In this document: positions 51,176 through 60,725 of the stretch, in pieces
Layout: every line of letters begins with the position of its first letter
Position numbering within the stretch: position 1 is the stretch's first letter
Source: an uncultured Myxococcia bacterium
GTDB taxonomy: Bacteria > Myxococcota_A > JAVEVO01 > CAYZFJ01
Assembly (NCBI GenBank): GCA_964477705.1
Contig: CAYZFJ010000001.1
Span: 11,380-75,379, forward strand
Length of the DNA stretch: 64,000 nucleotides
Direction of reading: 5' to 3'
Program-made: the position numbers and the translations under genes
The notes under the pieces: model-generated
What the model saw: only the letters and a program-made list of their open reading frames with translations
Databases searched by the model: none
Told to the model about the DNA's origin: nothing

Positions 51176-51676
51176 AACATCAGATCCTCGAGTGGAGAAA
51201 GCAGCAGATTCGTAATGTGTACTTTGAGGAACAGCCCCGGTTTCTGCTCCACGACCATGATGTCAAGTACGGTCAGTCTGGCCGCTCGAAAGAAGTGGCA
51301 GGCGTCTATTGCAACGCCGAGAAGAAGGTGAACTGCCAATAGGTGCTGGATGCCTGGCTGTAGTGATTGATTGGCATCAAAGGACTGCCCACACCTGAGC
51401 AAGTTAGAAAGGTCAACAGTTGAGGAAATAACGCTCAGATACTCTTCTAAATCTTTATTTTGTTATTTAAATGATCCGGATCATGTGAGATAAATTATTG
51501 CCTAGAAGCAAAATAATTTATTTATCATCAAATCTGATTTTAGATACAGTTGATTTCATTTTCTAAACTACGGTGAGGTCAAAAGCATTAAGTCTTTGTT
51601 TACTGTAGTTGACAAATATTATTGTGTAAATTATTAGTTTTCAATAGTCTTTTGAAAAACTTCTTAAGGTAATATT

Positions 51677-54600
51677 GTGAAGAATCCTGATCAATTTCGC
51701 CATACCCTATTGATTTTATTAATATTTCAATTTTCTCTACTAATCTTCTTCGGTGCTTTGGGGGGCTGTGGTGGAGATCAGAATCAGGTTGAGCTGAAAC
51801 CGGATGGAGCCATCCTAAATGGTGACGCATCGTGGGCGGCTGGGGATGCGCAATTCCAGGGTGGTTGCAGTGACGGGGAGTCTTTTTGTTTGGAGAGCGG
51901 TTGTGTCGATTTGCTCCATGACTCAGCCCATTGCGGGGAATGTGGCAATGAGTGTGATTCGGACTATGAATGTACAAATGGCTTTTGTATCTTGGCTTGC
52001 CCAGAAAACCAAGCATCTTGTGGTGATCAGTGTGTCAATCTTGCCAAGGATCTGGAACACTGCGGTGAGTGTAACAATAAATGCCCTGCAGGATACTGGT
52101 GCGAAGAAGGGGACTGTTTCTTGTTTTGTCCAGAAAACCAGACATCTTGTGGGGGGCAGTGTGTCAATCTTGCCAAGGATCCGGGACATTGTGGAGCATG
52201 CGGCATCTTTTGTAGACAGGGTCAGGTCTGCGTCAATGGTGAATGCACCTACAGTTGCCCCATTGATCAGACCGTCTGTGGCTCCCAGTGTGTGAACCTA
52301 GCCTCTGATCCCTTTAATTGTGGCCAGTGTGGGGAGGACTGCTCCGATGGAATGGTCTGCTCTGAGGGAGAATGCAATATCCATTGTGCCGTTGGCTTTC
52401 ATCAATGCGGGAGCAGTTGTGTAAACCTGCAGATTGATCGCAAACACTGTGGTGAGTGTAATGGAAAGTGTCCACCCGGTGGGCTTTGTTCTGGTGGTGA
52501 ATGCATAGTGAGTTGTCAACTCGGACTCACCGACTGTAATGGCAGTTGCGTTGATTTGCTGGATGATCGAGCTAATTGCGGGGTTTGTGACCATGCTTGT
52601 GAGGGGGGTATGGTCTGTGACAATGGGGAATGTGCATTGGATTGCCCTACACCCACAGAAGAGTGTGCCGACACGTGCGTTAATACCAATTCGGACCGTT
52701 TTCACTGTGGCCAGTGTAGTCTTGAGTGTCCGCCGGGAATGGTCTGTGACAGCGGCCAATGTACCCTCATCTGCTCATTGGACCTTACCGATTGTGAAGG
52801 TAGCTGTGTGGATCTGATGACTGATTTCAGTCACTGTGGCCAGTGTGATCTCCAGTGTTCCCAGAATCAAGAATGCAGTGATGGCTCTTGTAATTGTCGG
52901 GAAGGCTTTGTGGAATGTGACAAGGTTTGTGTCGACCTGAAAACGGATTTGGACCACTGTGGCCAGTGTGACGTCCTGTGCGAGGTTGGGTCAGAATGTA
53001 TGGCTGGGCTCTGCATAGTTCCGGTGGTTGGTGTCTCTCTGGATGCCATCCTGCTGGATTTGGCTACAGGAGCCACCCAACAACTGCTAGCTACAGTTAT
53101 CCCCGCTCAGGCAACCAACAAGGCCCTCATCTGGTCCTCCAGCCATCCCCAGATCGCCACCATTGACGAGAATGGAGTGGTGGAGGGGATCAGTCCTGGT
53201 CAGGCTCAGATCAGCGTGCAGACCGTGGATGGAGGGTACTTCGCTACCTGCATGGTCAACGTGAAGATATTGGTGAGTGGAGTAGATATTTCCCTGGCAG
53301 AATTACTGCTCAGCCCGGGCCAGACCACCCACCTCCATGCTGCCGTGAAGCCTGCCACCGCCTGCAACCAATCTCTTACCTGGCAGAGCAGCAACAGCCA
53401 GGTGGCAACTGTGGACGGGAACGGCGTGGTCACTGCCAAGGCTGATGGTCAGGCATCAGTCACGGTCACCACCGTTGATGGAGGTTTCCAGGCATCGTGT
53501 CTGGTCACAGTGGTAACAATCCAAGTTACAGGGGTGGTGCTGATGCCCGGTGAGATTCATGTCGGCCGGGGGGCGGAATATGCACTGACAGCGGTAGTGA
53601 GCCCCGCCGATGCCTCTAACAAGACTGTGGTCTGGTACAGCAGCAACCCTGCCGTGGCCAGTATCAGCCAGGATGGAGTGGTGACTGGAGTGGAGAAAGG
53701 GTCGGCCACTATTATGGTGATCACTGGTGATGGCGGATTCCATGATACTGGCACGGTCCATGTGCAGATATCTGTAGAGAGGGTAGATCTCTACTTGGAC
53801 GCTTTGTACATGGAGCAGGGTGATTATGGGACCATTTTTTTTAGAATTTTCCCGGATGATGCTACCAATAAGACGGTCATCTGGGAATCCAGTGATCCAT
53901 CCATCGCTACTATTACAGACTCTGGCATAGTCACTGCCTGCAATGTGGGAGTCACCACAATCACTGTGACCAGCGTGGATGGCAGTCACACGGATTCACT
54001 CCAAATGTTTGTATGGCTTTAATCTGCGGGAAATTACCATAGACCCGTCATCAGCCACATTGGAGGTGGGTCAGACCATTACCCTGGTGCCTGTCTTCGA
54101 TCCGTCTGACATCCTGAACCAAAGCGTGAGTTGGAGCACCAGTGACCCTGCGGTGGCAAAGGTCGATTCAGAGGGGGTGGTGACGGGTCATGCTGTAGGT
54201 CAGGCCACTATCACTGCGCTCAAGCCGGGCACGGGAGTGAGTGGCTCCTGCAAGGTACATGTGTTCACCCGGGTTACTGGTGTTACCATCACCCCGAAGA
54301 CGCTGGAGTTGACCTTGGGGCAATCGGCATCCATGACTGCCACTGTGATACCGCCTGATGCACGTGTCAGGGATGTAGTGTGGACCAGCCACAATGATCA
54401 GATCGCCATGGTGAGCAGTGATGGTTTGGTTACCGGAGTGGGCATGGGGAGAACCCGAATCACTGTTGCCACCGTAGACGGGGCGTTGTCTGACAGTGCG
54501 GACGTGGAGGTGATAATCATTCCGGTGGAGGGGGTGACCATCACTCCCACTTCGCTGAACCTGCATGTAGGTAGTGCCGGGCAGTTAAGCGCCACCATCA

Positions 54601-55800
54601 TTCCGGCTGACGCCACCGATCAGTCGGTCACCTGGGCGACTGGAATCCTGCAGTTGCCACTGTTGATGCCAACGGACTGGTCACTGGACTGGGTGTTGGT
54701 ACGACTACCATCTCTGCCACCTCCCATGATGGAAATTCAGTGGCTGTCGCCATGTTCCAAGTAAGCGCCCTGGTTGAGAGTGTGTCTGTCAGCCCAACTG
54801 AGGCTTATGTTCTGATTAATCAATCAACCCAGTTGACCGCCACGGTGTTGCCTGCCAATGCCAATAACAAGGCGGTAACCTGGTCATCGTCTGCCAATTC
54901 CGTAGCCATGGTCAATGCTTCCGGCCTGGTGACCGGGGTGGGTCTTGGCAATGCCACTGTTACAGTGAAAACGGTGGATGGTCATTTTGTCGCTACAGCT
55001 TCAGTACGAGTAATCAGCATTCCGGCAGGGTATACGTTGATTCCTTCCGGTGCTTTCACCATGGGCAGCCCGCCCGATGAACCGTTTTGGTATTATGATG
55101 AAACCCAGCATCAGGTGACCCTTACAGTCCCTTTCCTGATGAAGATTACAGAGGTAACCCAGGGAGAATGGCAGACCATAATGGGTTATAATCCATCAGC
55201 ATTACAGTCGTGTGGCTCCAATTGCCCTGTGGAGCAGGTTTATTGGCATGAAGCGTTGGCCTATGCCAATGCACTGTCCGCTGCTGAGGAGTTGCCCCAA
55301 TGTTTCACCTGTACGTGGAGTGATGACAGAGCGAACTGTAGCCTCAAGTTGCAATATGGCAAACCTTATGACTGCCCAGGCTATCGGCTGCCCACGGAGG
55401 TAGAGTGGGAGTATGCTGCCCGGGTTGGTACACCACCACAGCCATCCATACTGGACCGATAACCAGTCAGGCGTCATGTCCCAACATGAATGCTGCAGGG
55501 TGGTATTATTACAATTCAGGTGGTACCACTCATACTGTAGGGAGTAAAGCAGCCAATGCCTGGGGCCTGTATGACATGCATGGCAACGTGTGGGAGTGGA
55601 CCTGGGATTGGTATCAGTTCGACTTGGGCAGCATGGCAGTGACAGACCCTTATGGCCCATCAATGGGCGAACTCCGGGTTGCGCGGGGCGGTTCGTATCG
55701 CGAGAGCGGAGGTTACTGCCGGGCAGCGTTTTGCGGCCCCAGCAATCCTGATGAACGCGACATTTCCGTAGGTTTCCGCCTCGCCCGGTCTGTATTGTAG
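51677..55800 (+). pseudogene. Disrupted gene for a large secreted protein: ~12 tandem 38-aa Cys-rich repeats + multiple Big_2 Ig-like domains + C-terminal FGE-sulfatase (SUMF1-like) domain; reading frame broken at ~54010-54030, ~54640 and ~55420-55470
   Basis: Four consecutive ORFs (51677-54022, 53979-54764, 54740-55462, 55405-55800) whose translations continue the same domain series across frame changes. Confidence 0.5.
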
Positions 55801-56388
55801 TTATCCTTTGTAGGTTGGGCATTGGAGCGTAATGAATGGCGGTGCTGTCTGTCAGCGCAACCTGCACTTTTCTCGATGATGGTCCGACACTACCGAACCT
55901 CCCGTGGAAATACGACCTCCCCTCGAAGTTGAGTTGTTGCTTCTTCATGTGCTGATGCCCTCCATCCTCAGTGAAGCTGTCTGGTCGGCTGGCTGCTCGC
56001 CTTGGCGTTGGCCTTCATGTTTCTGAACGCTTGGTCAGGGTAGCGGTATTTCTCCGTTTTGGCATACAGAGAGTGTTGACTCTACCGTCAGCCACATCCA
56101 CATAACGCCATGGAATCATGTTGGCGGGCGCTAGGCCAGAAGCAGTGCACCCCACGATGGTGCGGATTCCCATATGTTGTCTGCCTAGTTGCCTGCAACA
56201 GAGGAACAGGAGGTCGCAAAGCAACACAGCAGCACAAGGACACGCCAAGGCGATAGCACGGCAAGGTGACATAGCGGCGAGGCTGCAAGACAACAAGATG
56301 ACTGAGCAGCGGGGCGCAGGTGACGGAGGGATAGGGCGACAGAGCAAGATAACAGTGTGACACAACCGAAAGATGGCGGGAAGAGACA

Positions 56389-58965
56389 ATGGCCAATTTC
56401 AAGTATGTCAAATGGTTCGAGAATGTGGGTAATGAAGATGTACCGACAGTGGGCGGGAAAAATGCTTCCCTGGGCGAAATGATTCAGCACCTGCGCACCG
56501 AGAATATCCGGGTGCCCGGGGGATTCGCCACTACCTCCGACGCCTACTGGACCTACCTGGCCTACAACAACCTCACGGGAAAGATGGGCGACATCCTCGC
56601 CTCAATGCGGGAAAACCGCACCTCTCTGAACAGGGCCGGCGAAGAGGTGAGGCAGGCTATTCGCCATGGAATCTTCCCGGAAGAGGTTGAGACCGAAATT
56701 CACGACGCATACAGGGAACTTTCCCGCAGGTATGAGCAGGAGGACCTTGCCGTTGCCGTCAGGAGCAGCGCCACTGCAGAAGACCTTCCAAGCGCCAGCT
56801 TCGCCGGTCAGCAGGAGACCTTCCTCAATGTGCGGGGTGCAGCGGATCTGCTGGCAGCTTGCAGGGACTGCTACGCCTTCCTCTTTACCGACCGGGCAAT
56901 CGTCTACAGGGAGCGGCTTGGCTATGATCACATGAAGGTGGCCTTGTCTGTGGGTGTGCAGAAAATGGTCCGCTCCGATAAAGCGGGAGCGGGCGTCATG
57001 TTCTCACTGGACACGGATACCGGATTCCCTGATGTGGTGGTGATCAATGCTTCGGTTGGGCTTGGTGAAACGGTTGTTCAGGGCGCTGTCACGCCTGACG
57101 AGTACCGTGTGTTCAAACCTAGGCTCGGAATAGGTGTCCCTCCGAGGGAAAAGGCAGCCGCAAGAGAAGGCGGGAGAGTTGGGGCAACACCGGGAGGCGT
57201 ATCAGGAAGCACATCAAGAACAGCCGCCAGAGCAGAAGCTGCCGGAGCAGAGATGGCAGCCCGGGGCACGCCTGCTACTCCTGTGGCCACCCGTGGCGCA
57301 GCAGCAGAAGCAGAAGCGAGCTCCACCCGATACAGGCCGATCATTGAAAAACGGCTGGGCGTCAAGGAGAAGATGATTGTCTATGCCGAAGGAGGCAAGA
57401 ATCGCACCAAGACCATCGACACCCCTGCTGTACAGCGGAAGCAGTTCGTCCTGTCGGATGACGAGATTATCACCCTCGCACGCTGGGCAACCGCCATCGA
57501 GCGACACTATGGTCGGCCGATGGATATGGAGTGGGCCAAGGATGGTGACTCGGGAGAGCTCTATTGTGTGCAGGCTCGACCCGAGACGGTTTTTTCGCAG
57601 AAGAAGACTCATGCCTTGAAGACATACCATCTGGACCCAACCGGTCATACCCCAATCCTGACAGGCGTGGCGGTCGGCGAGTCGATTGCGGCGGGGCGGG
57701 TGAAAGTCCTGCACCGCCCTGAACAGATGCATCTCTTCCAGGATGGCGAAATCCTTGTCACGGAGCGGACTGATCCCGACTGGGGGGAGATCATGAAGAA
57801 GGCGGTAGCCATCATCACCGACCATGGGGGAAGGACCAGCCATGCCGCAATCGTCAGCAGGGAGCTGGGCATACCGGCGGTGGTGGGGACCGGGAATGCC
57901 ACCATCACCCTGCGTGATGGGCAGGAGATAACCCTGAGTTGCGCCGAGGGGGAGGAAGGACGCATCTATGAGGGTCATCTCCAGTACGAGGAACATGAAC
58001 TGGATACCTCCACACTGCCCAGACCTCCAGTCCAGTTCATGATCAACCTGGCCACCCCACAGGCTTTGTTCCGGTGGTGGCAGCTCCCGGTGAATGGCGT
58101 GGGCCTGGCGAGGATGGAATTCATCATCAATAACTGGATCAAGATCCACCCGCTCGCCCTGGCCAGGTTCAATCAGTTGCGGGATGACAATACCAATGCC
58201 AGAGCGCAGATTGAACAACTCACAGAAGGCTATGGAGACAAGACGGAATTTTTTGTCGACAAGCTCTCCATGGGTATTTCCATGATCGCCGCATCGCAGT
58301 ACCCCGACCCCGTGATTGTGCGGACGAGCGATTTCAAGACCAACGAGTACGCCAAGCTGATTGGTGGCGCCCAATTCGAGCCCCATGAGGAGAACCCGAT
58401 GCTGGGGTTCAGGGGCGCATCCAGGTACTACAGCGACCGCTACAGAGACGGATTCGCCCTGGAATGCAGGGCGGTGAGGAAAGCACGTGATGTAATCGGG
58501 CTCGACAACATCGTGGTCATGATTCCCTTTGTCCGCACCGTCGGCGAAGCGGACCAGGTGTTGCAGGAGATGGCCGTTCACGGCCTTCAGCGCGGCCAGG
58601 ATGGTCTCCAGGTCTACATGATGTGCGAGGTGCCCTCCAACGTTTTCCTTGCCCGGGAATTCGCCGACCGCTTTGACGGATTTTCCATCGGGAGCAACGA
58701 TCTCACCCAACTCATCCTGGGGGTGGATCGGGACTCCGAGACATTGCGGTCACTATTCGATGAACAGAATGAGGCGGTGAAGATTGCCATCAGCCAGGTG
58801 ATACAGAGTGCCCACGAGAAGGGCGTAAAGGTGGGGCTGTGCGGGCAGGCTCCCAGCGATTACCCCGACTTCGCCCACTTCCTGGTAGATGAGCATATAG
58901 ATTCAATCTCCCTCAACCCGGACAGCGTCCTCCCACTACTTCAGGGTTGGGGGAAGAGAGGTTGA
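56389..58965 (+). CDS. ppsA: Phosphoenolpyruvate synthase with ~70-aa Ala/Gly/Arg-rich insertion
   Basis: MANFKYVKWFENVG...GGKNASLGEM N-terminus; TDHGGRTSHAAIVSRELGIPAVVG phosphohistidine domain; C-terminal TIM-barrel motifs. Confidence 0.85.
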   Translation: MANFKYVKWFENVGNEDVPTVGGKNASLGEMIQHLRTENIRVPGGFATTSDAYWTYLAYNNLTGKMGDILASMRENRTSLNRAGEEVRQAIRHGIFPEEVETEIHDAYRELSRRYEQEDLAVAVRSSATAEDLPSASFAGQQETFLNVRGAADLLAACRDCYAFLFTDRAIVYRERLGYDHMKVALSVGVQKMVRSDKAGAGVMFSLDTDTGFPDVVVINASVGLGETVVQGAVTPDEYRVFKPRLGIGVPPREKAAAREGGRVGATPGGVSGSTSRTAARAEAAGAEMAARGTPATPVATRGAAAEAEASSTRYRPIIEKRLGVKEKMIVYAEGGKNRTKTIDTPAVQRKQFVLSDDEIITLARWATAIERHYGRPMDMEWAKDGDSGELYCVQARPETVFSQKKTHALKTYHLDPTGHTPILTGVAVGESIAAGRVKVLHRPEQMHLFQDGEILVTERTDPDWGEIMKKAVAIITDHGGRTSHAAIVSRELGIPAVVGTGNATITLRDGQEITLSCAEGEEGRIYEGHLQYEEHELDTSTLPRPPVQFMINLATPQALFRWWQLPVNGVGLARMEFIINNWIKIHPLALARFNQLRDDNTNARAQIEQLTEGYGDKTEFFVDKLSMGISMIAASQYPDPVIVRTSDFKTNEYAKLIGGAQFEPHEENPMLGFRGASRYYSDRYRDGFALECRAVRKARDVIGLDNIVVMIPFVRTVGEADQVLQEMAVHGLQRGQDGLQVYMMCEVPSNVFLAREFADRFDGFSIGSNDLTQLILGVDRDSETLRSLFDEQNEAVKIAISQVIQSAHEKGVKVGLCGQAPSDYPDFAHFLVDEHIDSISLNPDSVLPLLQGWGKRG

Positions 58966-59298
58966 AAAGGCGGCTTTCAACAGCCCCTGCTGGCGGCCGC
59001 AGTACCGTTTGAAGGATATCTCTCAAGATTCCTCCAGTAAATGCTGACAAACAGAGCGTCTAGATCTTACACATACCTCTTGAATGACCATGAGCCATCA
59101 GTTCAGGTTCCTTCCCCGAATGTTCAAACCGTTGTAATCCCTTGAATTGTCATAAAATTATTTCAAATCAACTTACAATAACCAGTTGGAAGGTTCTGCC
59201 CTTTGTTCACGCCACCAAAGTAATACCTTGACAACCAAATCTCATCAAAGTTACATCTAAGACTCATTTTTCAACAACATCCTCAGGGGGAAACACTG

Positions 59299-59499
59299 AT
59301 GATGGACAAGTCACTTCTTGATGCCGGCTGCCGTGTTGCGTTTGCTGCACTGCTGCATGATCAAGGTAAATTTGCTGAACGGGCAGGTATGCCCAACTCC
59401 TGCAAAGTCAGGGCTCTAGGGCTAATAAACGGGAGCAAAGGGCAGCGATTTAGCGCTTGTTGGCTCAAGGGTAATACGACCGAAGAGCAGACCACATGA
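59299..59499 (+). pseudogene. 66-aa ORF carrying a Cas10/Cas3-type HD-domain N-terminal motif (AALLHDQGKFAERAG); probable truncated HD nuclease remnant or mini-protein; stop overlaps cas6 start (ATGA)
   Basis: LLHDxGKF is the start of the HD motif of Cas10/Cas3 HD domains; ORF ends after 66 aa; GGGGGA RBS. Confidence 0.3.
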
Positions 59500-60611
59500 A
59501 CCATTCTCTGAGTCTAATCAGCAATGATGCCAACATTCAGGCACAGGCTGCATCCCTCCTGGACCTGTCATCCAGCTTAACTTTGGGCAGGATCACTTTT
59601 ACCTTCTGTTCCGAGGATAATACTCGGCTTCCCCCTTTTCTTGGCTCTACCCTGAGGGGAGCTCTCGGTGGTGCCCTGCGCTCCATTGCCTGTGTGCGTG
59701 AGAGAGGTACCAACTGCCTCACTTGTGCCTTGTGTGAGGGGTGTGCCTATGCCTATCTGTTTGAAACTCCTGTCCCCTCAGCGGCCAACCGTCTGCGCCG
59801 TTTGCAGCATCTGCCTCATCCATTCATTATTGAGCCGCCTCCTCTCCAGCCAGGCGGGCTGAATCTTGAGCCTGGCTCCCTGCTCACCTTTTCTATGGTC
59901 CTGATAGGTAAAGCTACCACCTACCTCCCATATGTCCTGTTGGCAGCGTCCCGTATGGGGGCAGCCGGGTTGGGTGCCGAGCGTGCCGTCTTCCAGTTGA
60001 TAAAGGCTGAATCGGATTTGCCAGGATGGCTGATGGATGCAGTGGAAAGCGGTGAGAGCCAGAGAGACGACAGCGAACTGGCGGTTCAAGCCGCCCCGTC
60101 GTCTCTGCTCCTCTGGACGCCGGATTCAGCCGCTATCAATGGGCTCCCCAAGGTGACCCCATCCGGGCTGCAAAAGGTTCTGTCCATGCAACCAACTGAG
60201 GCAGGTGCCGCTGGCGAGCGAGTTCAGGTTGAGTTTACCACCCCTGTCAGGCTCGTTGAGCAGGGCCGAGTTGTCAGCAATCTGGAATTTAGAGTATTTA
60301 TCCGGTCTTTGCTAAGTCGTGTCTCTTCTTTGGCCATCTTCCATTGTGGGCAAGATGAACAGGATTTGGACTACCGGAGCTTGGTTGATGCTGCTGATAT
60401 GGTCAATGAGACAGAGCAAGATCTCTCCATTCGACCTCTCCAGCGGTGGAGTCAGCGTCAACAGCGGACTATTGGCCTTGATGGCCTCCTGGGAGGGGTT
60501 GCCTGGAGAGGAGAGATCATGCCGCTCCTGCTGCCCTTGATTAGAATTGGCCAGATTGTTCATGTGGGTAAAGGGACCGTCTTTGGCCTCGGCCGTTATC
60601 GCCTCTTGTAG
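59496..60611 (+). CDS. cas6: Cas6-like RAMP endoribonuclease with Zn-finger-like cysteines
   Basis: C-terminal glycine-rich loop VHVGKGTVFGLGRYRLL (G-x-G-x5-G-x-G); CLTCALCEGC cysteine cluster; adjacent to cas1. Confidence 0.5.
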   Translation: MNHSLSLISNDANIQAQAASLLDLSSSLTLGRITFTFCSEDNTRLPPFLGSTLRGALGGALRSIACVRERGTNCLTCALCEGCAYAYLFETPVPSAANRLRRLQHLPHPFIIEPPPLQPGGLNLEPGSLLTFSMVLIGKATTYLPYVLLAASRMGAAGLGAERAVFQLIKAESDLPGWLMDAVESGESQRDDSELAVQAAPSSLLLWTPDSAAINGLPKVTPSGLQKVLSMQPTEAGAAGERVQVEFTTPVRLVEQGRVVSNLEFRVFIRSLLSRVSSLAIFHCGQDEQDLDYRSLVDAADMVNETEQDLSIRPLQRWSQRQQRTIGLDGLLGGVAWRGEIMPLLLPLIRIGQIVHVGKGTVFGLGRYRLL

Positions 60612-60725
60612 AAAAGCAACCAGGTACAGAGGCGATCACAACCGCTCGATAGGTGCACGCACATTACGTTGTATTCTCTGACGAGCAATTCGCACACACC
60701 ATGGCAACATTTCGGGAGGTAGTTC

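Noticed and set aside
56015-56490. Three minus-strand Cys/Leu-rich ORFs (100-124 aa) upstream of ppsA
   Set aside because: Mutually overlapping frames produced by the T-depleted purine-rich tract; no RBS; likely non-coding leader
58966-59298. Possible CRISPR array or leader upstream of the cas module
   Set aside because: No direct repeats of any period; lower-GC promoter-like spacer only
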